A DNA stretch of 64,000 nt from Fluviicola sp. (GCA_002734085.1 NVXV01000001.1:159783-223782), one strand, 5' to 3'; shown: positions 9,528 through 18,915, counted from the first letter of the stretch. The notes: generated by a model not told the origin, from the letters alone. A program made the numbers and translations.

Positions 9528-10407
9528 CTTGAATGTTCAACATTTTTAATTTTGATTCATAAATTGATAAAACTGTATTTTGAAAATCTTTCGGATGATG
9601 CTTAGACACCCCTCTTTCTGAACGCATGGTTTGATCAAACTTGACCTTTGGGAAGTTAGAGAATTTTCTTTGCCAGCGTTTATAGGTTAATTGCATAAAA
9701 TATATGTCTAATTTTTCACCTAAGTTTTTACTAAATATTTTCTCCAGTACACTTGACCTTTTTTTCTTTTCTAATTGGATTGTAGAGATGTCTAGATCCA
9801 CAGGAGGAATAAAGTTACTAACCCAATTGTTTTGCTTTTTTAGATCGTCAAATAATTCTAGATTGTAAACAGGTAGCAAATAAGCTATTTCGACAGCAGT
9901 AAAAATATTTTTATCTCTAATTTTCAAATTCTTCTCATCTACAAAATAATTCAAACAGAAATATTTTCTTGAGTTCAAAAGGACAATCTTTTTGAATAGG
10001 ATAAGAAGTGTACGACATAACCACATGCGGTTCTCTTGTGTAATTATAAAATAGTCGACATCACCATCTTCGTACATGACATTTTTGGACAATGAACCAG
10101 ATATAGCGATTCCCTTAACAAAAGGAAATTTTCTAATCAAACGTACATAACGCGGAAGTTTACTAAAATACTTACCTGCTTCATCCTCTTTGAATTTTCG
10201 TTGTTCTACGAGTGTTTCGACATCCGAATTGATTGAGACGTAATCACCATGGATAAAACATCGCCTTTCTTTTTCTAAATGCTCAACTTGTTCTTTGATA
10301 ACCTCCACATCACAACTACATAACTGTGCTAGTTCCTTACTTGTCAAAGGATGTTGGAAAACATCAAAATAGGCTAACCATTTTAATATGTGCACGGGAT
10401 ATGACAT
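9505..10407 (-). CDS. nucleotidyltransferase-fold protein with N-terminal winged-helix-like region (first gene of the operon)
   Basis: GIAISGSLSKNVMYEDGDVDYFIIT resembles the GS-x(n)-D-x-D minimal nucleotidyltransferase motif. There is a 23-nt overlap with the downstream rSAM gene. The function is unknown. Confidence 0.45.
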   Translation of the reverse strand: MSYPVHILKWLAYFDVFQHPLTSKELAQLCSCDVEVIKEQVEHLEKERRCFIHGDYVSINSDVETLVEQRKFKEDEAGKYFSKLPRYVRLIRKFPFVKGIAISGSLSKNVMYEDGDVDYFIITQENRMWLCRTLLILFKKIVLLNSRKYFCLNYFVDEKNLKIRDKNIFTAVEIAYLLPVYNLELFDDLKKQNNWVSNFIPPVDLDISTIQLEKKKRSSVLEKIFSKNLGEKLDIYFMQLTYKRWQRKFSNFPKVKFDQTMRSERGVSKHHPKDFQNTVLSIYESKLKMLNIQDEVIIQS

Positions 10408-10542
10408 TGATAAACGTAAATTAGGCTTAAATATATTATAATCATCGCACCTATTGATTGATTATCACGGATAGTTTGATGATTTAGTTTAAAATGATAC
10501 AATTCATTACACAAAACGCTTCCTATTTGAAAATTACAATAA

Positions 10543-11220
10543 TCAAACGCTTGTCTCATTTATCAAATCCAGACACTGTAGTTCAGGCAAATTAAAGCTT
10601 TCGAAAGAATTTGTGTAGTCGTCTAAAGCTAAAGCATGCTCTGTACAGGCAATGATAAAACAGTCCACCTCTGGATAATTGCTTTTTAATCTGTCAAACA
10701 TTTTATTAGCTGCAACAGGATTTGGCGATTCAAAATAAATGATTCGTAATTGATCTATTAAATTAAAATCAGTCTTGTTCGGTGTGATAAATTCAACATC
10801 ATAATCGTCAAATAAACTGCGAAGATAATTACTTTGCATGGTGTAACAGGTTCCTAATATCATTGCTTTTTTAATTTTCGAATCCCAATGATTGATAATA
10901 ACTGTTCCCAATGATATAAAAGGAGTGTTTACTGTACTATTCCGCTTTTGTAAGTCTATTGCTTCATGTAGTGTGATGTTCGCTAAAATAAACCGAGAGA
11001 CATCCAAATCATCCACTTTATGTAGATATGGGAGTAGCAATCTTCCTGCCTTGTCCATTTGATCAGGCAATATTTCGTTGATAGGAGTAAAGGGGATTTT
11101 CATCATTTTTATAGGGACCTCAATACTATTTCCGTGCTTTAGCCTATGCATTTCCTGACACTTTTTCAAGTACCAATTGGCTGCGTTTTCACCTGTTCCG
11201 ATGATTCCTAATCCTTCCAA
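10543..11220 (-). CDS. Asp/Glu racemase-superfamily protein, single-cysteine variant
   Basis: Aligns by eye to aspartate racemases: LGIIGTGENAAN (GILGGMGPLAT), FILANITLHEA (IIMPCNTAHAF), KKAMILGTCYTM and CFIIACTEHAL (CIIAGCTEVSV). The first catalytic Cys position is Asn and the second Cys is retained. Confidence 0.6.
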   Translation of the reverse strand: MEGLGIIGTGENAANWYLKKCQEMHRLKHGNSIEVPIKMMKIPFTPINEILPDQMDKAGRLLLPYLHKVDDLDVSRFILANITLHEAIDLQKRNSTVNTPFISLGTVIINHWDSKIKKAMILGTCYTMQSNYLRSLFDDYDVEFITPNKTDFNLIDQLRIIYFESPNPVAANKMFDRLKSNYPEVDCFIIACTEHALALDDYTNSFESFNLPELQCLDLINETSV

Positions 11221-11221
11221 A

Positions 11222-12169
11222 CTAACGTGTTTTTACAAGTGACAAGGTATAAAACTCTTTGTGATCTAGAAAATGATGTACTGTTTCAAACCCCACCTCA
11301 TTCATCAGTATTTCAACATCGGCTAAACTATATTTTTTAGAAATCTCTGTATGAATCACCTCGTTTTTTGCAAACTGAATCTCTTCATTATCGATCCAGA
11401 TTGATTGTTTCTCTAGGCATACTATATAACTATATGTTCTACCAGAAATTGGGTCATAATATGGGTAGTGATCAAAATTATCAACATTTATTTTACACCC
11501 TAACTCTCTATTCATTCTATGAAGAATATTCAAATTAAATCGTTTTGTGATTCCTTCATCATCATTATATGCCTTGAGAATTGTTTTGGGGTTTTTCTTA
11601 AGGTCGAAAGCAATAAGAATATAGTCTTCCTTGTTTAAAGCGTCTTTTAACAACTGAAGAAAAGAAACCGCTTTTTCGTGCGGAAAATTTCCAATATTAC
11701 TTCCCATGAAAAGCACCAGTTTTCGCTGGTCGGCTGTATTAATTTCTTTTAAGGTTTTAAAAAAATCCCCTGCAATGGGCTGGACAGACAGATGAGGTAT
11801 CACATTCTTTACATTTTTTTCATTTACCTCAAGAATATTTGGTGATATATCCAATGGAATGTAGTGTTCAATAACATTTAAATTATCGCCTACACGAAGA
11901 AGTTCAACCGTTTTTGTGCCATCACCCGCTCCTAGTTCTACAATATCAATTTTTTCTTTATTTCCTTTAACTTTCTCAAAAATATCTGTGCTTTTGTCTC
12001 GTAATATTTCACGTTCACAATCTGGTAGATAATAACTGGGCATTGCCATGATTTCTTGAAAAATTCTATCTCCAATTTCATCGTAAAAATATTTTGATGG
12101 TAGTGTTTTTTGATCTTTACGGAGCCCTTCTAATATATCTCTTTTAAATGCTGTATTCGTCATATTCAA
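11222..12169 (-). CDS. egtD: L-histidine N-alpha-methyltransferase (ergothioneine biosynthesis EgtD)
   Basis: 315 aa. The motifs LPSKYFYDEIGDRIFQEIMAMPSYYLPDCEREIL and VELGAGDGTKT fit the EgtD family pattern. The gene lies 1 nt downstream of egtB. Confidence 0.8.
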   Translation of the reverse strand: MNMTNTAFKRDILEGLRKDQKTLPSKYFYDEIGDRIFQEIMAMPSYYLPDCEREILRDKSTDIFEKVKGNKEKIDIVELGAGDGTKTVELLRVGDNLNVIEHYIPLDISPNILEVNEKNVKNVIPHLSVQPIAGDFFKTLKEINTADQRKLVLFMGSNIGNFPHEKAVSFLQLLKDALNKEDYILIAFDLKKNPKTILKAYNDDEGITKRFNLNILHRMNRELGCKINVDNFDHYPYYDPISGRTYSYIVCLEKQSIWIDNEEIQFAKNEVIHTEISKKYSLADVEILMNEVGFETVHHFLDHKEFYTLSLVKTR

Positions 12170-12170
12170 A

Positions 12171-13337
12171 TTATAGTGATTTAGCCAGTCGAATACCTGA
12201 AAAGATCCAGCGTTCTTGGGCGTGAAAAAAGTTGCGATATGTTTTTCTACTATGTCCTTCAGAAGTAGCGAACGAAGCTCCTTTCAAAACGTGTTGATTA
12301 ACCATAAACTTCCCATTGTACTCACCTAAGGCGCCAGGCTCCTTATTGTAGCCAGGATAAGGCAGGTAAGCAGAATTCGTCCATTCCCAAAGTTGACCCC
12401 AATTCAGTTGATCTGCCAATAACTCCCATTCTGCTTCAGTGGGTAATCTACAACCTTTCCATTCAGCAAAAGCCATTGCTTCATATAATGAAACATGCTG
12501 AACTGGTAAATTGAGGTTTAGTGGTTTCAAGCCGCCCAATGTGTAATTAAACCATTGGTTGTCTTTTTTATGCCAGTATAGAGGTTGTTGAATTTCATTT
12601 TCTTGAATAAAGTCCCAGCCTTCCGACAACCATAATTCATGATTTTGATATCCTCCTTCTTTTATAAAATCTAAAAACTCGCCATTTGTAACAAGGGTAT
12701 TTCGTAAAGCAACATTATGACAATAGGTTTTATGTCTTGGTTTTTCGTTGTCGAAGCAAAATCCATTTTTTGCACCGATTTCATAAACACCTTCTTCTAA
12801 CTGAATCCAAGAAGTATCTCTCTCTTCTTCTGTCTCAAAGCTATCCCCATAAACTGGAAACGTTGGTTGAAAACCTAAGATGAACTTGATATCATAAACC
12901 AAAAGTTCCTGATGTTGTTGTTCATGGTTTAAACCTATCTCAAGTAAGTTGTGTAGCTCTTGATCTCCACCATTTTCAAAAAATTCTTCTATATGTTTGT
13001 TTACATATTCACGATATTCATAGACTTTTTCAACAGACGGCCTAGTCATTAAACCACGATTTGGTCGCAACAAACGTTCTCCAAAATGATTATAGTAACT
13101 GTTAAAAAGATAGCCAAAATCTTCGTCAAAAACAGTGTAGCCCGTTTTATTCGGAACTAAAATGAATTGTTCAAAAAACCAAGTTGTATGTGCAAGATGC
13201 CATTTTGGAGGGGAAACATTTTCCATCGGTTGAGGAACATAATCTTCCGTACTCAAAGGTTTGCAAATCTCCTCTGTATACGACCTTATCTTTTGATAGT
13301 TCAGTACGATTTCTTTTGTTCCTACTTCTAAACTCAT
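12171..13337 (-). CDS. egtB: ergothioneine biosynthesis sulfoxide synthase EgtB (DinB-like plus FGE-sulfatase fold)
   Basis: SPPKWHLAHTTWFFEQF (DinB_2 metal-binding region) and C-terminal LPTEAEWE...WEWTNS...GASFAT...RNFF (FGE/sulfatase-modifying-factor-like). The size (388 aa) fits a short-type EgtB and not OvoA. Confidence 0.8.
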   Translation of the reverse strand: MSLEVGTKEIVLNYQKIRSYTEEICKPLSTEDYVPQPMENVSPPKWHLAHTTWFFEQFILVPNKTGYTVFDEDFGYLFNSYYNHFGERLLRPNRGLMTRPSVEKVYEYREYVNKHIEEFFENGGDQELHNLLEIGLNHEQQHQELLVYDIKFILGFQPTFPVYGDSFETEEERDTSWIQLEEGVYEIGAKNGFCFDNEKPRHKTYCHNVALRNTLVTNGEFLDFIKEGGYQNHELWLSEGWDFIQENEIQQPLYWHKKDNQWFNYTLGGLKPLNLNLPVQHVSLYEAMAFAEWKGCRLPTEAEWELLADQLNWGQLWEWTNSAYLPYPGYNKEPGALGEYNGKFMVNQHVLKGASFATSEGHSRKTYRNFFHAQERWIFSGIRLAKSL

Positions 13338-13615
13338 TTTTCAATTTTTACTCCATGCCAAAAGGCAACATAACTTTTTATCTCTTCAGCTGCTTTTTTA
13401 GGGAAAGGATAATACCAGGCAGCATCTTCATTCACTTCACCATTGACCTGCACATTATAATAATGCGCTTCTCCTTTCCAAGGACAATTCGAAGTCGTAT
13501 CTGACTCCGTAAAATAACTTTTATAGATCGAATCAGGTGGAAAATAATGATTTTTTTCGACTTCTATTGTCTCGTCACTTTCTGCTATGATTTCACCATT
13601 CCAAATTGCTTTCAT
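13334..13615 (-). CDS. DUF427 domain protein
   Basis: 93 aa. KAIWNGEIIAESDETIEVEKNHYFPPDSI matches the DUF427 signature as I recall it. There is a 4-nt ATGA overlap with egtB. Confidence 0.6.
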   Translation of the reverse strand: MKAIWNGEIIAESDETIEVEKNHYFPPDSIYKSYFTESDTTSNCPWKGEAHYYNVQVNGEVNEDAAWYYPFPKKAAEEIKSYVAFWHGVKIEK

Positions 13616-13669
13616 AATATTCTGAATTTAAGAATAGAAACACATTTTTGTGCTTTAATGTTTAAAAAA

Positions 13670-14401
13670 CTATCTATATTCAGGGTTTTCAAAGTTCCAT
13701 CGCTTACCGTCATCCCATTCCTTTCGAGAATTTCCATAGTTTGTATAGCCGTCATTCTTTTTCAACATGGAAGCTAAATGCATAAGGTTATAAGTCATAA
13801 ACGTAGTATTTCTGTTTGTGAAATCATTTTTATACCCTTCTGCCTCTTTGTCAAGATAACTTGGCCCAGGACCGACTTCACCTAACCAACCTGCATCGGC
13901 TTGTGGTGGAATAGAGTAACCAATATGCTGCATGGCATAAAGTAACCCCATTGCACAATGTTTTACACCGTCTTCATTTCCTGTAATGATACATCCACCC
14001 ACTTTTCCGTAGAAAAGGTATTGTCCTTTATCATTTTGCTTTCCACTCATACTATAGAGTCTTTCAATTAGCAATTGTGCTACTGAAGACTTTTCGCCGA
14101 GCCAAATAGGTGTTCCAATAATCAAAATATCAGCTTCAAAAATGCGATCAAATAATTCAGGCCATTCGTCTTTCTCCCAACCGTGTTCTTTCATATCTGG
14201 AAAAACACCCCGAGCTACATCGTGATCTACTAGTCGAATTTCTTCGACTTTAACACCCTCTTTTTCCATGATATCTTTCGATACTTGCATCAAACCAGCG
14301 GTGTGACTTTGCTCTGGTGATTTTTTTAATGTACAGTTCACATAAACTGCTTTTAAGTCTTGAAAATCTGTATTACTCATAGTTATAATGTTAGAATTCA
14401 T
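13670..14401 (-). CDS. flavodoxin-like NAD(P)H-dependent FMN reductase family protein
   Basis: AVYVNCTLKKSPEQSHT...ADILIIGTPIWLGEKSSVAQLLIERL fits the flavodoxin-like fold/NADPH-FMN reductase pattern. Confidence 0.6.
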   Translation of the reverse strand: MNSNIITMSNTDFQDLKAVYVNCTLKKSPEQSHTAGLMQVSKDIMEKEGVKVEEIRLVDHDVARGVFPDMKEHGWEKDEWPELFDRIFEADILIIGTPIWLGEKSSVAQLLIERLYSMSGKQNDKGQYLFYGKVGGCIITGNEDGVKHCAMGLLYAMQHIGYSIPPQADAGWLGEVGPGPSYLDKEAEGYKNDFTNRNTTFMTYNLMHLASMLKKNDGYTNYGNSRKEWDDGKRWNFENPEYR

Positions 14402-14521
14402 AAACTTTGACGAATAAGACGTGTTTTCCTTTCAATGGAATACTAACCCGTTTTTACTAAGATAAGAAATTATAAGATAGCTATTTGGATCAATACTAAA
14501 GAAATATTTAGCCTATCCAAT

Positions 14522-15262
14522 TTAATAGACTAATAAACTCTCTTTTTTCACCCAATAAGTGCGAAGGTCAGGCGTTACGATTTGAATCCATTCTTTTTGG
14601 TCTTGGATAGCAGTTAATCGCATATTCTTCGGTAAATCTCCATCCACCTCTAACCCTTCAGGGCTTAGATAAAGTTCTGTTTTTTCATCAATGGCATATG
14701 CATATCTGTATTGTTCATAATGATTTAAAGCCTCATTAAAACAAAACACGGATATAATTAATACTATTGAAAAAGGAATCACTAATCGTTTTGACATCAA
14801 TTTTTTTGAGCTTCCATTCTTTTGCGATAGTAAAAAATAGGTTGATATTGCAACCATTATACTTGAAATTAACATTAAAATAAACCAAGTAGTATCGCCA
14901 ATACTTAGAACAATTCGCTTGGTCCAGGAATAAGGATGGCTCCAAATAACATCAGGAGAAATTTGTTTCGATGAAAATTTTGCGTTGTATATTGCCTTGC
15001 TATTCGTAGGGTCGTATTTTAAAGCGGCCTCATTTGCCCAAAGTGATTTGACCCACATTTTTTGTTTAGCAAAGGCATAGCCTAAATTATAATATCCTTC
15101 AAATGAAGGGACTTCCTCAATATTTTGAGTGAAATACTCTTGGGCAGAATTATAATCTTTTGTACTTAAAGCCTCTAAACCCTTTTTATAAAGACTATCT
15201 TTTTCTTGAGCAAAACTAATTGCTACAACAGAAAAAAAATATGTGATTAAAAGCAATCGCAT
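14522..15262 (-). CDS. batE: BatE-like TPR/SH3 protein (last gene of the Bat operon)
   Basis: Signal peptide, a TPR-like N-terminal part, a TM segment and a C-terminal SH3-like tail (EWIQIVTPDLRTYWVKKESL). The position is directly after batD. Confidence 0.55.
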   Translation of the reverse strand: MRLLLITYFFSVVAISFAQEKDSLYKKGLEALSTKDYNSAQEYFTQNIEEVPSFEGYYNLGYAFAKQKMWVKSLWANEAALKYDPTNSKAIYNAKFSSKQISPDVIWSHPYSWTKRIVLSIGDTTWFILMLISSIMVAISTYFLLSQKNGSSKKLMSKRLVIPFSIVLIISVFCFNEALNHYEQYRYAYAIDEKTELYLSPEGLEVDGDLPKNMRLTAIQDQKEWIQIVTPDLRTYWVKKESLLVY

Positions 15263-16989
15263 TAGTCCAATTTCTCAATAATATTAAGAGTTTTCTTAGA
15301 TAGTTCTTCAATGTTCAGTTTTGCTCCACTGAAACCATAGCGTACCTCATCCAGTTCATTTAACAAACCAATTAATTCAGTTTTTAAGTTTTCGTCTAAT
15401 TTGTTTTGCGCTACTTTTTGATCTAAAAATTCTCTAGAAATATTTCCTTTATTCACATTCCATTCATTAGCTAAATAACCAATTATAGCAGAATAAAGCG
15501 TTTTAATTTGTTCTTCTCCACTATCAATTTTATGAGCATTTCTAATTACATTTAAAGAATCTCTTTTCGCATCTGTTTTCTGTTTGTGTTTTTGCTTTTC
15601 CTCCTCTCCACTAGTTTTTATACGAACAAAAAAACCAAAAAGTAAACTCAATAAAATGGGAGATGAAACAAGTAAAGCACCATTAACCCCTTTAAAGAAT
15701 GATTGACTGTAAACTTCTTTATAAGTAGGTTTTCTCGATATGAAAGGCTGAACTGATTTTTCTTTCTCTGTTTTTAATTCAGCATTTTCTTTAGATAGGT
15801 TCTTTACATCCTCTGAAGGCGTTACTGTGAGTGACTTAATGCTGGCTTTTGCGGCTGTATAAGATTCGCTTTCTAAGTCAAAATAAGAGATTTCAATTGG
15901 TTCTAACTGAATATTCCCGTCATTATTTGCCTGAATGTAGTATGTAAATGTTTTCATTCCTTCAGCGCCCAATGAAGAAAACGTTATTGAATCTTCTACT
16001 TCTGGATCACCATATAGAACCATTCCTTTTGGAAGTTTTAGTTTTGGAGCTTCGATATTATGTAAATTCCCATGACCGAAAACACGAATATTTAATTCAA
16101 CTACCTTTCCTTGTTCTACTGTTGTGCCGTTGAAAGAAGCCGAAACATCAAAATGACCTACTGCGCCAATAAAAGAATTTGGAGTGCCGTCAGGTAAAGG
16201 CTTAATTCTAACCTTCGTAGTATTCGATCGAATTTTTGCTCGTTCAGGAAATAATTTTCTTGGATCATCATATAATAGTATGATTTCAAATGGTGAAATC
16301 TCATAGTTCCCTGTCTTATCTGGAAAAATTAAAGATTTACCGATTTTAAACGTAACCACATCTTTCCCTGAAACAACTTCATACTGTCTTGAAACCTGAT
16401 TCGAATTTTGAAGTGAATGTATCTCAGCTGGACCTTCAAACTTGAAGGTATTAAAGTTTTCTACTTGCAAGATGTCTATTTGAGAATAAACTTTTCCTTC
16501 CAAAATAATTGGCTGGCCTTCGTAAATTTCTTTTTTAGATTGTTCGATGATTCCAAAAATTGCTTTATCCATGTTTTTCGATGGATCCTCGCTAATCATG
16601 TTTTGCAGTTTGTGTACCTTAACCATCACACTCTTTGATTCAATCTCGCCGTTAGCTGTTTGAATTTTTATTGGGCCAATTTTATATTCACCTTCAGTAT
16701 CAAAATAACCACTAAATTTTTGAAAACTAAATCGAATCACCTCCCCTTTACCGTTGCTATAATCCACAGAAGAAGACATTCCTGAATGTGTTGGCCCACT
16801 TTGAACAAATTCGTCGGGCAATTCAAACTTCACATTTCCCTCAGTATTGGTTTTAAGCGTAATGGTAACAGGTTGACCCTTTTCAACCGTGGTAGGATTT
16901 ATTTCAATATCTACAAATTCATCTTGAGACCACAATAGTGATGCACAAAATAAAATCATATTTATAAAAACAAATCTTAACATTACCAC
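15262..16989 (-). CDS. batD: BatD-like (oxygen-tolerance family) protein
   Basis: 575 aa with a signal peptide, repeated beta-rich modules and a single TM near the C-terminal third. Operon position is between batC and batE. Confidence 0.65.
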   Translation of the reverse strand: MVMLRFVFINMILFCASLLWSQDEFVDIEINPTTVEKGQPVTITLKTNTEGNVKFELPDEFVQSGPTHSGMSSSVDYSNGKGEVIRFSFQKFSGYFDTEGEYKIGPIKIQTANGEIESKSVMVKVHKLQNMISEDPSKNMDKAIFGIIEQSKKEIYEGQPIILEGKVYSQIDILQVENFNTFKFEGPAEIHSLQNSNQVSRQYEVVSGKDVVTFKIGKSLIFPDKTGNYEISPFEIILLYDDPRKLFPERAKIRSNTTKVRIKPLPDGTPNSFIGAVGHFDVSASFNGTTVEQGKVVELNIRVFGHGNLHNIEAPKLKLPKGMVLYGDPEVEDSITFSSLGAEGMKTFTYYIQANNDGNIQLEPIEISYFDLESESYTAAKASIKSLTVTPSEDVKNLSKENAELKTEKEKSVQPFISRKPTYKEVYSQSFFKGVNGALLVSSPILLSLLFGFFVRIKTSGEEEKQKHKQKTDAKRDSLNVIRNAHKIDSGEEQIKTLYSAIIGYLANEWNVNKGNISREFLDQKVAQNKLDENLKTELIGLLNELDEVRYGFSGAKLNIEELSKKTLNIIEKLD

Positions 16990-17735
16990 TTTTTACCTGA
17001 TTTCACTTCTTCATTTTTTCCCTCAGAATTTATCCCACGAACTTTCCGTTTGGTTTCCATTTCCTTTTTCAATAACTCTTCTAACATTCTATCTGTTTTC
17101 TTGTTGGAAAGCTTCTGAGAATTAGCTTCTGAACTTTGATCACCCGAGCTTTGGGAATTTTGTTGATTTTGATCTCCTTCTTGGGGATCCCCGTCTTTAG
17201 AATCCTGATTTTGATTATTCTGAGTTTGCTTTTGATCTTGATTATCCTTCTGATCTTGGTTCTCTTTGTTTTCTTTATTCTCCTTATTTTCCTCTTCTTG
17301 TTGTTTTTTCAAACGTCTTTTCGCCTCTGCTAAATTATACCGAGTTTTATCATTAGACGGATCAGCACGTAAAGCATTTTTATAACTTTCTACTGCTCCC
17401 GCATAATCTTTTTCTTTCATTTGACTATTTCCAACATTATGCCATTTCTCAGCACGTTTCATATCAGATTCTTCTGCTGCCGCTGCAGATTTAAATGCAC
17501 TTTTAGCTGTTTTGTAATCTCCTGAACGGTATGCAGCATTCCCAATATCTTTTGATAAATCTATTCCTTCCGGTGCAATTTTCTGTGCTTCTAGTAGTGT
17601 AGCATATGCTTGTGGATATTTTCCTTCCTTGTAAAGTTGCTTTCCTTTTTTCAAAGAATCCTCCCACGATTGTGCCTGAAGGCCCAACCCAATTGAAAAA
17701 ATTACAAAAAGCAATATCCATTTCATATTACGCAA
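16983..17735 (-). CDS. batC: BatC-like TPR protein with Q/N/K/E low-complexity tail
   Basis: TPR repeats (YKEGKYPQAYATLLEA, GDYKTAKSAFKSA, KDYAGAVESYKNALRADP) followed by KENKENKENQDQKDNQDQK... Confidence 0.65.
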   Translation of the reverse strand: MRNMKWILLFVIFSIGLGLQAQSWEDSLKKGKQLYKEGKYPQAYATLLEAQKIAPEGIDLSKDIGNAAYRSGDYKTAKSAFKSAAAAEESDMKRAEKWHNVGNSQMKEKDYAGAVESYKNALRADPSNDKTRYNLAEAKRRLKKQQEEENKENKENKENQDQKDNQDQKQTQNNQNQDSKDGDPQEGDQNQQNSQSSGDQSSEANSQKLSNKKTDRMLEELLKKEMETKRKVRGINSEGKNEEVKSGKKW

Positions 17736-18915
17736 ATTTCTTTCTAATTTTCAACGTTTCCCATATAAACAGCACCAATAGGCAAACCAATGCCAAAGAT
17801 AAAGGCCATTGATAGCGGTTCTCCTTTACTTCAAACTCCAAATCTACTTCGTTGGTTGTATCTGAGCTGTTAATTTCAGTTAAAAGTTTAGAAATATTGG
17901 GAAATGCATCTGAAGAGATAATATAACTTCCTTCAGCATCTTGAGCTATATTCTTAATCATTCCTTCATTTAATTTCGAAATAACAGAACGTCCCAAATC
18001 ATCTTTGAGATAACCCGAATTGGGTTCAGAAGATTTGGGTACAAGCGCTCCTTTTTTGGAGCCTAATCCAAGTACCAATAATTCAATGTTATTTTCTTTT
18101 AACACGCTATATGCACTGTTTAAACCACCTTCATGATTTTCTCCATCCGTTATCAAAACAACTACTTTCTTAACTTTTTCTTCCGAAAAGAAAATGCTTG
18201 CTTCATTCAGTGCCAATCCAATATTTGTTCCTTGATTCGACATAATGTCAGTGGAAAGTTCTTCAATATACATTTTAGCAGCAACCTTATCTGCCGTGAG
18301 GGGCAATTGTGGATAGACACTCCCTGCAAAAACGAGTAATCCTACTTTACCAGCAGGCGCCTGATTTACAAACTGAACCATTGCTTTTTTAGCTGCCTCA
18401 ATACGAGATACATCATTCGACATATCTTTTGCATCCATTGAGCTGGAAATATCCATTGCAAAAACCAATTCTACTCCATTTGTTTGGGCAGTAATTTTCT
18501 TATTACCAAAGGCAGGTTGCATTAGTGCTAGAATAACAAACACAATAGCATTTCTAATTAAAAAATACCTCCAGAAAGCACGTATCGAAGAAACAGGTCG
18601 TAGAATATTAGCTACTACACCTTCACTTCCCAATTGTTGAACCATACGATTCCTCTGGAATAGTTGCAACACAAAAATAATTACAAAAAGTAACGCCAGA
18701 ATTAAATACCAAGCATAACCCTGTTCTAAAAACACAACCCTTTCTCCGGTACTATTTTCAGAAAAGACACCAAATACATTTAGGATTTGGTAGAGCAAGA
18801 TCCAAAAAAGCACTTCCCATCCTAACACAGCGAGTATAATCGATTTAACGCGATATGTGAACTCTTTGTATTTATGCATTGTTCTTGTATAAAAATTGTT
18901 CAATGGCAAATCCAA
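17728..18915 (-). CDS. batB: BatB-like von Willebrand factor A membrane protein
   Basis: VWA MIDAS motif VFAMDISSSM plus VVLITDGENHEG, with N-terminal TM segments. The likely real start is MHKYKEF at 18879, giving an ATGcaTAA 8-nt overlap with batA. Confidence 0.75.
   Translation of the reverse strand: MDLPLNNFYTRTMHKYKEFTYRVKSIILAVLGWEVLFWILLYQILNVFGVFSENSTGERVVFLEQGYAWYLILALLFVIIFVLQLFQRNRMVQQLGSEGVVANILRPVSSIRAFWRYFLIRNAIVFVILALMQPAFGNKKITAQTNGVELVFAMDISSSMDAKDMSNDVSRIEAAKKAMVQFVNQAPAGKVGLLVFAGSVYPQLPLTADKVAAKMYIEELSTDIMSNQGTNIGLALNEASIFFSEEKVKKVVVLITDGENHEGGLNSAYSVLKENNIELLVLGLGSKKGALVPKSSEPNSGYLKDDLGRSVISKLNEGMIKNIAQDAEGSYIISSDAFPNISKLLTEINSSDTTNEVDLEFEVKENRYQWPLSLALVCLLVLFIWETLKIRKKFA

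Noticed and set aside
17150-17300. Short periodic DNA repeats (KENKENKEN / QDQKDNQDQK coding region) as a possible tandem-repeat or CRISPR-like array
   Set aside because: The repeats lie inside the BatC ORF, are in frame, and encode a low-complexity linker. There is no repeat-spacer organisation.
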